From: Antedon mediterranea
Lineage: Eukaryota > Animalia > Echinodermata
Length of the DNA: 64,000 nucleotides
Direction: 5' to 3'
NCBI RefSeq assembly: GCF_964355755.1
Contig: NC_092678.1
Location: 14,658,371 to 14,722,370, forward strand
Each line of letters starts with the position of its first letter. The first letter of the stretch is position 1. The notes under the pieces were generated by a model. It searched no databases, had not been told where the DNA came from, and worked only from the letters and a program-made list of their open reading frames with translations. The translations under genes were made by a program, and so were the position numbers. Below, one piece after another: positions 38,090 to 51,270 of the stretch.

Positions 38090-38848
38090 AAAAAGTGGAA
38101 AACACAAAGATAACGAAGCGAAGTGTCATACTCTGTTATCACACTAGTGAAATATGTGAATTTGTACAGGCTTTGCTGTCAGTGATTCGTTGAAAGTCGA
38201 TATTTTAGGGTGTTCCCTAAAATAGAAAATAAGAGATACGTTTTAAACCGCTATTCTAGGCTAGGAGAAGACTAACTAGAATAGAAACCGATACATTCTA
38301 ATAATTCCTAAGTTAAACTACTAAGAAAACAAAGATAATAAAGCTAAGTGTCGTACTCTGTTATCACGCTAGTGAAATACGTGAATTAGTACAGACTTTG
38401 CTATCAGTGATTCGTTAAAAATCGATATTTTAGGTTGTTCCCTAAAATAGAAAGAAAGAGATACGTCTCAATCCGTTATTCTAGGCTAGAAAAAGATTAG
38501 AATAGAAACCGATACGTTTCTAAAACTCCTGAGTGGAACTACTAAGAAAACAAAGACAACAAAGCGTCAAACTCTGTTATCACGCTAGTGAAATACGGGA
38601 ATTAGTATAGGCTTTGCTATCAGTGATTCGTTGAAAATCGATATTCTAGGATGTTCCCTGAAATATAAAATAAAATATACGTTTCAAGCCGTTATTCTAG
38701 GCTAGAAGACGACTAACTAGAATAGAAACCGATACGTTCTTAGAATTTCTAAGTGGAAATACTAAGAAAACAAAGATAACAAAGCTAAGTGTCGTACTCT
38801 GTTATCACGCTAGTGAAATACGTGAATTAGTACAGGCTTTGCGATCAA
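38090..38848. repeat. ~225-bp tandem satellite, ~3.4 copies
   Basis: Anchor ctctgttatcac at 38131, 38356, 38572 and 38797. Confidence 0.9.
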
Positions 38849-39585
38849 GGATTTGTGGTTTCGTGAATATGCTGGATCAACTTCAGTATTGAATTATCTT
38901 ATGGCGGGATCTGTCCACTTATTTGTATAAAGTTATTTATAAGGAAAGTTGGCTCTGTTTTTTTTTATAAAGAGAGCCAGTTGAAATATAATGCCCTATC
39001 ATTGGGGGGAGGGGTGGTGGTGTGGTATTTTTAGAATTGGTTCAACCATTGGTATTTGATTATTTTGTGAGAAAACATCGCTGAATCATTTATATTAAGT
39101 TATAATAAGGCAAATTGCGTATTATGGATTACATTATGAATCAAACATTTACACTCTACTGATTGGTTGAAAGTTTCACATGATTAAATATATTTTAGAT
39201 TATTGTTTAACAAATAGTAAATAATATTATATAAATTACGTCACATGACTACTAATGCACATTCAGCTTTTTTTGTAATTGAAAACCAACCAGTAGAGTG
39301 CGCCATTTGTTTTGCTTAGCTGCAAAAATCCGAGCACCACATTCTTTAACTAGAGCCTTATTTTGACATTCGATTCAAGGTGGAAGTGACGAATAAATTG
39401 AATACAAATTTACTTTAGAACTGTAGGTGTGTTTAAATGTTTGATTCATAATATAAAAACAAATATACATTGGTTGCCTACTTATTTATATTGTAGATGT
39501 ATGTATCAAGATTTACTTGTCAGTATGTTTATCTTGGGTCATAGTTTGTGGAACCAAAGTACACTCAACTGCTCTACATGTTACA

Positions 39586-39621
<36 letters not shown>

Positions 39622-39938
39622 ATTTTACATATTTGATTTTGTTTATTATGTAACACAGGTTACTTTCCTTCTATTATCTCAAGTCTTATTTTTGTATTTA
39701 CCTTTTTGTTAATTTAATTTTTTTTTGTATATTTGTAAATTTGATTGGCTATAAATAAATAAGGATAACAAAGTTTTATTTTTGTAAATAAAAGTGAAAA
39801 AATGAATACATTTTGATTATGTTTTATTACGTTTTTGTATGACATATCATTATATAACTAAAACACAAAAAATTGTGAAAGAAATTAATTGATAGTTTTA
39901 CAGTTATAAAAAATTAATTATTAAATATTAATTAAATA

Positions 39939-40165
39939 CAGTTGAACCTCTTGTAAACGGCCACGGCCAATTATTTTTACTAAAAATTTGATTTTTTTGT
40001 ATGGTAAATTACCTCCACTAAGCGGACACCCAAAAAAATTGTTTTGAATTTTGACAACCAAAATACACTTTTGATACGTATTTTGCTTTATTTTGAAGCC
40101 GTTTTAAAAACATTTCCGTGAAGAACATTCCTGTGGTTTTTAGATGAGATGAGAAAACTACACTG
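39939..40165 (+). mobile_element. pogo/Tigger-like MITE, left part
   Basis: TA|CAGTTGAACCTC terminus. The body matches 61220-61395, and the reverse-complement terminus is at 61653-61664. Confidence 0.65.
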
Positions 40166-40175
40166 ATTATATATA

Positions 40176-41635
40176 CTAGATGGTACGCTCGCTTCGCTCG
40201 CGTACCATCTAGGTCGTGCCCACAGATGGTTCTCGAATACATAATAATTTCAGCGTTAAAAAAACTGGCGATTTCAAATGTACGTACCGCAGGACAATAA
40301 TACATGTCGTTTACAGGAACGAATAAATAGTCACTGTGATTTATGTACTGTAAAATTAGTACCCTGGGAATTACTTCCGAAAGAGAAACTTGTCACAAAA
40401 TGAGACCAATTGTTTAAGTCAAATTTAAACAAACTTATATTGTGTTTTGTATGTAACATTATAGGGTTGAGGGGTGGGAAAGAGGATGGGTGCAAAGAGG
40501 AACAATTTTTAAATATATTCTTTACCCATTTATTAACGAAATATTAATTGTTTTCATGTTTTACAAATAATATACCACTAAACTCAGTAGTTAAACATTG
40601 CGATTTAATACTTTGTTGAAACTATCACCGTCATAGTCAATTGAAATAGTACAGTACATGTAACGATACATCACTACGACGTACACATGTTTATATAATG
40701 TAAAACAATTTGTGAAAACCACCTCTATTCGGGGAAAATCATAAATTCGATTTAATCGTCAATAAATATTAAATTATCTAACTCAACTCAATTAGTAGGC
40801 CTAATGGTTTTACATTGTTTCTTAGAGCAAATTCTAAGTTGGTTCCTGCCCTACCCACCCCCTACCCACCAAAGTTGTTCTGCGTTTAGGGCATGTGATG
40901 TACCGTAGGCCTATCCTCTACTGGTTTTACAACGCTACTCATGCCAGTGAGGGAAGGATGATGATATGGGTGGTTTAACTTCAATAATAAATATGTGTAT
41001 ATAATATACGGCGAGTGAAAACGCTAGCTCATTATCCGTAAAAAAAAAATTTATGTCCAACCTCTGCAGCACAGATTGAAAAAAAAAATGGATCGAATTT
41101 CTCTTATGAGTATACAGTACCTGTACTTGCCTTTACGACGCCTGAGGAATAGACACTTGTGGAACAGAGATTGGAATGTCCCATTCATCGCAAATCAATA
41201 CATTTGTATAACCGTATATTAAATCTATCAAAATAGTATTTTTTAAAGAAAATTGGCCTGTCTTCAACATTATGATGCTATACTCGAGCTGTTCAACCGG
41301 TTTTCAGCCATTAAACAAAATTATCGTAGGAGGAGATAGGAAAATGCGAAGCATCCTCGTATTATTATCTGCGGGTATTTTTCAAGACGTACATCCATTA
41401 GACAGTGTATACCACGATCGAAAAACACCCCTATTTGGGTCAAATCGTTGAACCTAAATTCGTTTTAATCGTCAATAACTAATTATCGAACTCAATTTAA
41501 TTAGTAAACAGGGTTACATCAGGTGGTTAAAATCAGTACCGAAAGTACGAACCAACTTTATATACCATCGAGTAAACATTCTAGAAATAACGCGCGATTT
41601 ACCGAATTTTGCCCTTACGTAAATTTATATATAGA
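40176..41635 (-). mobile_element. Complete non-autonomous Helitron, family A (1460 bp)
   Basis: Minus strand reads A|TCTATATATAAATTTACG...hairpin...CTAG|T: 5'-TC, 3'-CTAG, A|T target, no TSD. Confidence 0.88.
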
Positions 41636-42148
41636 TATATATTACATCGATTGTATAAACTCATTTACAATATATATTATGCAAATATTGAGGCCACTTG
41701 TTATCATTATGAAAACTCACAAATAATCACATCTGATAACTTATGACAATATTGACAATGATTGGTTGAAATAATGTATATTTACAGTGTTTTTGTTTAA
41801 TTGTCATTAATTCTTCTTTTATATAATATATTTCATAATTTAATAGATATGCTTGAATTCTCTGCTTATCAACTTTTACATCTATTTATGCGAGTTGACA
41901 TTTATTTATTAAGCATAGAAGGATGCAAAGTACAAAACAGATAAACAAAAATTGAAAGGGGACACAACTAGAAGATACATCATCTTATTGAAGCTACTAT
42001 TAATATATTTCAAATCATTGGTGGCGCTGTTGAAAATAACTTTATAAAGTTATAATTATTTGCAAGTACTTTGCAATTAATCTAATAATCATTGATGCAT
42101 TCACTCTCCTGACACTAAGACAAACTTTTACATGTACACTCTTAAACC

Positions 42149-44253
42149 TACGAAAGCCTATTAGGGCCAACAAAAAAATAATATTGCTTTCACAAATTCG
42201 AAATAACGAATTATTAATTCGTTTTCTCGAATTATTAATTCATTATTTCGAATTTATTTAAGTAATTTGAAATTTCGAATTATTAATTCGAATTTTCAAA
42301 TTATTAATTCGTTATTTCGAATTAAATAATTTGACCTCTGCCCTTTCTAATGACATCCAGACCATCCCGGATTACATTAGCTCATAGGGTGCTAATGCAA
42401 TCTGGTCTTCAGACCCATTTTTTTGTGAAAGTGAATAACTATTATGTGACATTAAAATAACATATTCAACAAAACAATTAAAAAAATATTGTTTTCAGGG
42501 GGACAATATATCTTTAAATTCTTATCAAGTTTTAGTAGCCAACAGTTTTGTAATTGTTCCAGAAATAAAATACTGTTATTAAAGTTTCAATAAACAAAAT
42601 GTTGTTGTTAAATTACATCTGTTTTACTGTATTGTACAGCTACATAACACAATTCTGTCTGATCATCACCAACTTAACATAATACTATAAATATAATTGT
42701 TTATATTGTATTCATTACATGTGTTCGTTGCAATTGTTCTAACTTTGTATTGAAAATAATATCACAGCGACAATTAATTAATAACAAAAACGATTTATAA
42801 AATGATAATGTGATATCAAGTGCTTGCTGTGGCATTTGATTAGATGACGTCAAGAAACATATTTATAAGACTGCTGTATAACTGCAAACCTTCATCACAT
42901 GTTTTCGGCATTGATAGCTGCCATTCTTCCAAAAATATGGAACATAAGTCGAACACGTCCTTATCGCATGGAATCTGGCTTTTGAAGATGGATTCACTTT
43001 CACAAACTTCAACTTTAGCCACATCAACGGGAATAATACACTCTTGTCCCCCGAATAAGTATGGTACATTGTACATCAATGTCGGGCGTCCAAACGGACC
43101 ATGGCTATTTCTCGATTTTGAGATGCGATGGGCATTACACTCATTTGCAACCGTGTCCAGTTCATCCTTTAAAAAAGGCAAATATAATACAGTACAGTAA
43201 AAACAAATAGTTTAATGACAGTTTAGACCGTGAAAAAAAAACAATATCGTAAATAAAAGAGGAGTGATTTAATTATAGGCTAATATTGTTTGCTTTTCAA
43301 ATTGTTGCGAAAGCCCAAATTATTATTATAATTGTCGTACTTGTGGACTATAATGCATAGCACACAATGTAATTGCTGTATTGCTTACCTGGATAATTTC
43401 CATAAAACAACATTGTAATAAAGACTTGTCTATAAGACCTCCATCATATCTACCGTCATTCGTTAGTTATTTAAAGGCGTCTATCCAAAACTGAGTGTTT
43501 TCTGAGAATGCCCCACCAACTCTCAATTCGTTGATTATGCTGACTTGTTCCTTGTATAAAACTGCTGTTCTCATTACAAAAAAATGGTTGCATTGGATCA
43601 ACAATAGAATTTTCAGTTCCAAAATCTGTTCTAATAGACTTTGGACAACCCATTTTTTGGCGAACAGAATTTACGTGATAGCCGGCTATAACTTTTGGAT
43701 TGCTGCTAGTTAAGTAAGCTTCTAGCCATATTATGTGTCTAGAGAATCCGTATATACAGCCATTTATACAAATGCCGTATATACTGGCTTAAGTTTGTCG
43801 TACGAGATATAGTTTGGGCCAGGTACATGATAAATTCTTCTGTGTAGTCATCGTCTCCTTCTTGCTTCGACACCCTCTGGGTCAAGGAGGTTTAAAATTA
43901 TTCTGACCGTCTTTTTATCTATGTTTAACCCATTTTGTGTGCAACGAATGTGCATCCACCTGTACCCATGTAGCATCCCTGACGTCTGTAATTGGCTTTC
44001 AATGAACGCAGCGACTTCCAGTTTGTCAGAATGCCGTTTTCTTCGACTAAGGCATATTTTTTCAGCCTTCGCTTTAATGTCCGTTTACTTATCAAAATAT
44101 CATGATCTTCTGCTAACATTTCAATAATCTCTTGATAATTTAAGCTACGTTTGAAATATAATCTAATCCAATGGTTTTCAGGACGCATGGTGACCAGATT
44201 GCATTAGCACCCTATGAGCTAATGCACTCCGGGATGGTTGGGATGTCATTAGA
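42149..44253 (-). mobile_element. IS3EU-like (IS481/integrase-core) DNA transposon with a decayed, intron-containing transposase
   Basis: 62-bp inverted repeats at 42346-42407 and 44192-44253. Translation pieces ISKRTLKRRL, GYRWMH, LDPEGVEARR, PGPN, YDKLKP, GCPKSIRTDFGTEN, SQHNQRIESWW and DELD..NAHRI. Subterminal ttcgaattattaa repeats at 42195-42325; possible TAC terminus at 42149. Confidence 0.8.
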
Positions 44254-44261
44254 TCTTGATC

Positions 44262-44411
44262 TAACCGGGTTCCCATTTATACACGTGGAGAGAGGCAAAC
44301 GTAAATAAAGTATCTTGCCTAAGGATACAAGCAATGCGGCGAGATTTGGATTCGAAACTCGGTTTCACGATCAGTAGTCCAACGTCCAACACCCTGCGCC
44401 CCACGCCCTCA
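44262..44411 (-). mobile_element. tRNA-derived CORE-type SINE fragment
   Basis: Minus strand has a tRNA-like head with TTCGAATCC, then tgtatccttaggcaagatacttta...ctctctcc...tgtataaatggg (CORE-like). Confidence 0.65.
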
Positions 44412-45619
44412 CAGGAAGCAATATAATAGAATGATAATAGAAGAAAATAACTTTTAAAAAATATAATGACATATAATATTTTTTGAATTGTAATAAAAAA
44501 CATATTTTCATCCAGGTACCGGTATTACAATTAATATTAATGTCAAACAATCAGAAAACGGTATTGTAATGACACATCAATGTACAGTGGTTTTATTTCA
44601 TTGAGCTCGGTGAATCTTTAAATCCCGTTTACAGTACGTACATCATAGATGTGCATAATCATAAAAATGACCTCATATGGTATCAGTCAAAGTGAACGCG
44701 GAAATCTAATGTAATGAAGATACAAATAAAATAGGCAAACAATAAATCAAAACGACAAAGTAAAACAACCAGAAAGAAATTGCGAAGTACAAGTGAGAGT
44801 AATTGGAGAGAAGTATATACTGTAAGTAAATGGATTGGAATAAAGTAAGAGTAGAAAACAATTACGATAGCTTGGTATTTATAAACAGTAATATTATTTA
44901 ATGGTTGCAATCGTTGGGATATAATAGTAAACTATTAATTTTATTACCAACGGTTTAACTTGAGCTTTCTTATTTTCCTGTACAATATTTACATTTATAA
45001 CTATCATTGTTTAGGTTATTGTTATGAATATGTTATATTATTCATATTTACTAATTTCAATTCTGTATTATAGGCTTCTAGAATTGGCAATGAGTGTGGA
45101 ATTTCCGAAGAAGCAATCATCGTTGCCATAACGTATATGAATGACATTGGAAAGATTATGTATTCCAATAAAGACGAGAAATTAAGGAACACAGTAATAA
45201 TGAGTAACGCAACACCTTTTCCTCAAGAATACCTTCATCTTCAAGTCTTTTCCATCGCCTTTTCATTTCCATCTGTACTCAAATAAAAGTAATACTGATC
45301 ACATTTACATTAACTTATTAACGAATTACCGGGATTGTACAAAATACCAATCTAGGGTATCCTAGATAGTTTCACTTTTCTACTTTCACGCCATACAAAT
45401 GATAGAACAGACTCGCACGCTAAATGTTCATTTGTAAAATTTACCATAACAAATTAATTGACAAAATTGCCCTCCAGTGGATCAAAACAGCCTATTGTTC
45501 GGCACAGATTGCAACCACTCCCCCTCTATCTTTAAGTAGACTGGAGCAGCCGCTTAACATATTTATTTGAGGATATGTGTAGGCCTGTGTTCATAATTAA
45601 TCTGGTCGCATTTTTAGTA

Positions 45620-46929
45620 TCTATATATAAATTTACGTAAGGGCAAAATTCGATAAATCTCGGTTAATTTATAGAATTTTTACTCGATGGTATATAAAGT
45701 TGGTTCATACTTTCGGTACTGATTTTAACCATCTGACATAACCCTGTTTACTAATTAAATTGAGTTAGGTAATTAGTTATTGACGATTAAAACGAATTTA
45801 GGTTCAACGATTTGCCCCAAATAGGGGTGTTTTCCGATCGTGGTATACACTGTCTAATGGATGTCCATCTTGAAAAATACCCGCCACAAAAATGCGAGGA
45901 GGCTTCGCATTTTCCTATCTCCTCCTACGATAATTGTTTTTAATAGTTGAAAACTGATTGAACAGCTAGAGTACAGCATCATAATGTTGAAGACAGGCCG
46001 ATTTTCTAAAAAAAAATACTATTTTGATAGATTTAATATACGATTATACAAATGTATTGATTTGCGATGAATGGAACATCCCAGAGTTTGGTTTAACACA
46101 AGTAGGTAAATTTATGAGCCCTTGGTTTAACACATACGGAGGTAAATATATGGGCCCTTTGAGAATAAACTTGCAATACTTTGACAATACAGTAAATATC
46201 TATTAACTATTTTTGGTCGTCATTTGAATCGAACATTTCTTACTGTGAATGTTCATACTGTTAGATGTAATAGAAAAATATATACAAATAAACTTTATTA
46301 CTGAGATTGTGGTTAGGCTCTACTGATATATAAACACATTATTATATACAAATAAACTTTATACTGACAGTTCCTTCTCAACGTTTGTATTAATTAATAA
46401 TTACCAATAATATAAACGTCGTAGTGGTGTATCGTGACATGTACTTTGATATTTCAATCGATTATGACAGTGACAGTTTTAACAAAGTATTAAATCGCAA
46501 ATGTTTTACTTTATTTAGAGGTATATTATTTATAGGCCTATAAAACATGAACAAAATATTTCGTTACTGAGTGGATAAAGAATATATTTAAAAATTGTTC
46601 CTCTTTGTACCTATCCGCTTTCCCATCCCTCAACCCTAATGTTACATACAAAACACAAATTGGGTTTCTTTAAATGAGTCCAAATCAAAAATTTGGACTC
46701 ATTTTGTGATAAGTTTCTCCTTCGGAAGTAATTCCCAGGGTGCTAATTTTAGTTGACTACATAAATCATCGTGTCTATTTATTCGTTTCTGTAAACGACA
46801 ATGTATTATAGTCCTGCGGTACGTACATTTGAAATCGCCAGTTTTGTTACGCTGAAATTACTGTGTATTCGAGAACCATCTGTGGGCACGACCTAGATGG
46901 TACGCGAGCGAAGCGAGCGTACCATCTAG
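45620..46929 (+). mobile_element. Complete non-autonomous Helitron, family A (1310 bp), inside the pseudogene
   Basis: A|TCTATATATAAATTTACG ... CTAGATGGTACGCGAGCGAAGCGAGCGTACCATCTAG|T. Confidence 0.9.
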
Positions 46930-48606
46930 TTAATATATAATTGTCTAACATACATCTTTAATATCTGGTGGAAATAATGTGATCACAGTTGTCAACATCT
47001 GTATCATCGTGTGAAGATTAGTATTATATTGGTTAATTGATAATCGTTTAAATACAATCTCTAGCTTAAACAAAAAACTAAAATAATGTATCCTCTGTTC
47101 TATATTGTTTATAAACACTGTTTTTAATAACAGGAAGGAGACGGTTACCGTGAATTCTTGGTGCCATGTCGGATGAAAGTGTATTCAAATACTAGTCTAG
47201 AAGTGACAAAAGATGACATGCAGATGGTATCAATTTATCTGACTCCGACAGACTTTCTTCCTGAAGCTGTGTACCACACTTTAGTTGTTACATTTCTTGA
47301 ATTAATGATGGGAACAGATAGTGATGATTCACAGGTGTTCCGGAATCGTAGTGATTTTGAATTTAAAGATCACAAAATCAGTTTAGGTGCCGTTGACATC
47401 AAGCATGATAATGAAAAACCACACGCAATTAAGGTAGATCAATAATAGCATATACATAAATACTAGATTAATTATAATCTATATTATATGTATTACTTAT
47501 CATTATCGTTTCATAATGCATCTTGTACTACGCACCTATACCTACCAACTTAACATACCAAATTATCAAATGATGTTTACACATCTTTAATAAAGAAAGT
47601 AACACAAATTTACTTTTTTTATTACTTAATAGCTTCAAATATATCGTAGGACTATATATACTATACCATTCAATCTGGCTCTTAAATATAGTGTAGCTGC
47701 TCCTGTTGAAGACTATATCGTCCAGTAGGCCTATTATGTCTAGAGACAATAAACAGCACCTGCATTTTAATTGTCTGCTACTACCTTTCCATTACATTGG
47801 TTACTTTTGTAAGTGCCCTGGGTCGTCGCCATATAAATCCCATTCACGATACGGGATAATATCATTTTACTACAATAATTTATGTTAATTTTCTTCCCCC
47901 GTTTTAAATTTCTTGAAACATACAGTAATACATTATTATGAATTTTTCTCGTTTTTATTACAAATAATACTATACATTGTATCTATTTTGTTGGCACATC
48001 TAATATACTAGTTAGGAAAGTTTGTTTTCCATCACAAAATATATTGTTTTTTCCAACAATCAATGTTTTTTTTTTTTGATAAGGCGTTCACATTAGTATT
48101 ATTTAGTAATAAACTTAGGATACCTAAAATTGTGGTTTCCAATCATTATATAATCATTATAATGTAACACAAAGAATCTGGAATTATTTATTATTATTCT
48201 ATTTTATATGTAAATAGATATCGTATTGTTTATTTGTTACAGGTGTTGTTGGGGTATCTAGTTCAACTACAGGTATGTCATATTTATTATAGTATTGGTT
48301 TAGATTAAGTAAATAGTACTTAAAATGTACAACTTTCTTCAATAAGAACTCACTGTCACAAGTCAACAGAACAGGGAACTGTAATACAAGAATTTGTTGA
48401 TACGTATCAATAATTTAACAACATTGTCTGCAAATATAAAACACGTTTAGTTAATATTTACAATAATTTTGAAACTAACAGCGCCCTTTGATTACGGCAC
48501 TTATAGGAGATTGTGACGAAAACCAACGCGCACTACTGATTCGCCAAAATCATTCAAGTGAAGGTAAATTACCAGTAGATAAAGATAATAATGAAATTGT
48601 TATTGT

Positions 48607-48648
48607 CATGATGATGACGATGATGATGATGACGATGATGACGATGAC
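48607..48648. repeat. (GAT/GAC)n trinucleotide microsatellite
   Basis: atgatgatgacgatgatgatgatgacg... Confidence 0.85.
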
Positions 48649-50000
48649 AATTCAAATTTCGCAACCAAACCGTGATTTTTAATTATTTACTTAATGACCT
48701 GTTTATCAACTTCATGTAAATCAATTCTGGGAATCGTGGATGGTGGTGTCAACAACTATGCCTTCTCCAGGACATCAATGTAACTATAATAGTAACATGT
48801 ATGACCAACTATCAATATATTATAATAATATTTATGTATCACTAGCAGAAGTTTAAATTTTCTTTTGATAACACACCTTTATAGTTTGTAATCTAATATG
48901 TTATTTATTTCAATCTCTTTCTTTTTTGTTCCAGTTTGCATTTTGTTAACAATAGCAACTATCATTTTCTATAATGCAATAAATAAGATACGATAGTAAT
49001 TAAAACTGTCTTAGTAAAAGTTTACGAGAGATAATCTGAAACAAACATTTTGTGTTTAATACTAAAAAAAATATTTAATCTAATCTAATAATATTTCATT
49101 AAACAAAATGAATGAACAAAATATGAGGCCTACGCTAAGGCAAAACTGAATCTAAAACATTAGCTGTGCACGCGTTAATAATACTCACTCTCACCTTATA
49201 CACATAAATATTGTTCTACTAATAGGGCTCTACATGTTTTAAATCTTATCTTGTAAGAAAAATATGTTACGAATTGAGTTATTATTAAGGTTTAATGATG
49301 TTTTTTTTTTTTTCCTATTTTTACTTTTGCATTGATTTTACGATTTATAAATAGGCATATGTATTTTTTTTGTTATATTGATTTTTGACAATATGAATTG
49401 TATTTGTTGCAGGTGTTGTTGGATCATCAAGTTTATATCCAGGTATGTTACATTTGCGGTAATGTCTTAGATTAAGTGGATATTAATTAAAATGCACAAC
49501 GTAACTCACTGTCGCCTATGGACAGAACAAATAACTGTAAATAATGAGTGTTTTGTTTACATATAACAATTGATAACATTCTGTGCCATGTTTCATAAAT
49601 TCATATAAATTAACATATCATTTTATTACTTTTTAGGCAATAGTGAAGGAATTGAAGGCGCATCATCGAGTCACCGATTTCATCCAGGTGAATGTAACTT
49701 ACTAGTAGACCTAGATAAAGACTACAATGCAATAACTATGGTCATGATAATTAATAACACGATAATGACAAATAATTGTTAATAATCATGATATAGTTAC
49801 TCATAAAGTTGGAGTCCTATAAATTTATGCAAAATAATATAAAGTGTACATTATGAGTGTACATTATGACATGTGTTTCATTACTTAATAATATAATCAT
49901 AATCTTAAAGCAAGTGACAACAATGATTATATTCATGTTAACAATTCTACTGTATTGATTACATAATATTGTAAAATTGGTTTTTTTTTTTACCATTTAG

Positions 50001-50502
50001 ATCTTTCGGACAATGATTTTAAACAGTTAATTACAGAGTTTGCACAATGGTATGATGAACGTGGACTCCTTAACAGACTAAAAGTTCTGTTCAACAACAT
50101 GTTAAACGAATTTGAAGCGGTGAATAGAGTTACCAGTACGTTCGACCTGTTAGCACTGCTAACTAATTCTGGGCTGTTGAGTCGACAAAATCTGGCTAAA
50201 CTGTATGACACAATACAGATAACTAAACAAAATGGCTTTGAGGACATGGTTAAAAATAAGCTTTCTTTTTCCAAGGTTTTAAGACCAAAACTAAATTGTC
50301 ATTTTCACCACATACCATAAATCTGTTTAATCTGGGAAAAAGTCTCAGTGACTCAGATATGGAAACTCTTGATGGACGTTACAACTTCCCTGTTCTTAAG
50401 AAGTATGACGACAGGTGGAGTTTGATTTTGGATTTGGAATCACGAGGGTTGCTGAGTGAAGATAAAGTTGAATCGGTTGAGAAGTACTTGTTGAGAAGAT
50501 GA
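50001..50502 (+). pseudogene. Tandem DED-like terminal exon of the paralogue, with one frameshift
   Basis: catttAG|AT CTT (phase 1): DLSDNDFKQLITEFAQWYDERG...LLALLTNSGLLSRQNLAKLYD, then in the shifted frame FSPHTINLFNLGKSLSDSDM...WSLILDLESRGLL. Confidence 0.75.
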
Positions 50503-50719
50503 AAGTAAATTCAGCTGACGCTGCGGTGGTCTATATTTCCCCAATTGTGAAATCAATGTAACTATGCATAATATATACAAATAAGACTAACTTACAGTAT
50601 ATATCTGTCCTATAGCACCGTTCCTATTTATATATTTGTTGTTGTTTCTGTGATGCGATGCGGGTGTGCTGTATGTAATACCGTAATACAGGTACATTAT
50701 AATACGTAGTAGTATAGTA

Positions 50720-51270
50720 TAATAAGATTTTTAATTTGATATAATACATTCCTTTTGTATTTATGAACTTTAATACAGTTAGTACATTATTGTCTTGAAT
50801 GTGGCGATGAAACATAGACGTAATACTCCGGCACATACGATTGGTAACTCCACAGTTTCACCCGCGACATCCGCCTCTGACTTGGTGTTATGCTTTACAG
50901 GTTTAATAAGATTTTTAATTTGATATAATACATTCCTTTTGTATTTATGAACTTTAATACAGTTAGTACATTATTGTCTTGAATGTGGCGATGAAACATA
51001 GACGTAATACTCCGGCACATACGATTGGTAACTCCACAGTTTCACCCGCGACATCCGTCTCTGACTTGGTGTTATGCTTTACAGGTATAATAAGATTTTT
51101 AATTTGATATAATATATTCCTTTTGTATTTATGAACTTTAATACAGTTAGTACATTATTGTCTTGAATATGGTGATGAAACATAGACGTAATACTCCGGC
51201 ACATACGATTGGTAACTCCACAGTTTCACCCGCGACATCCGTCTCTGACTTGGTGTTATGCTTTACAGGT
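50720..51270 (+). repeat. 184-bp near-perfect tandem triplication containing L2/CR1-like RT sequence
   Basis: aataagattttt at 50721, 50905 and 51089. The unit encodes IGNSTVSPATSVSDLGV-like sequence and is followed by KSAFHALHQ.GQIR. Confidence 0.88.

Larger units (their letters stand above)
45074..50502 (+). pseudogene. Decayed paralogue of the Roco-DED gene (COR, linker and DED exons only)
   Basis: Exon 45074-~45200 is truncated (homologue of 29193). Exon 47134-47433 is intact (homologue of 29883). Exon 47633-~47656 (LQIYRRTI) is followed by a deletion that jumps to intron sequence homologous to ~31760. Micro-exons at 48243-48272, 49413-49442 and 49637-49687. DED exon 50001-50502 is frameshifted near 50290. 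Confidence 0.85.
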
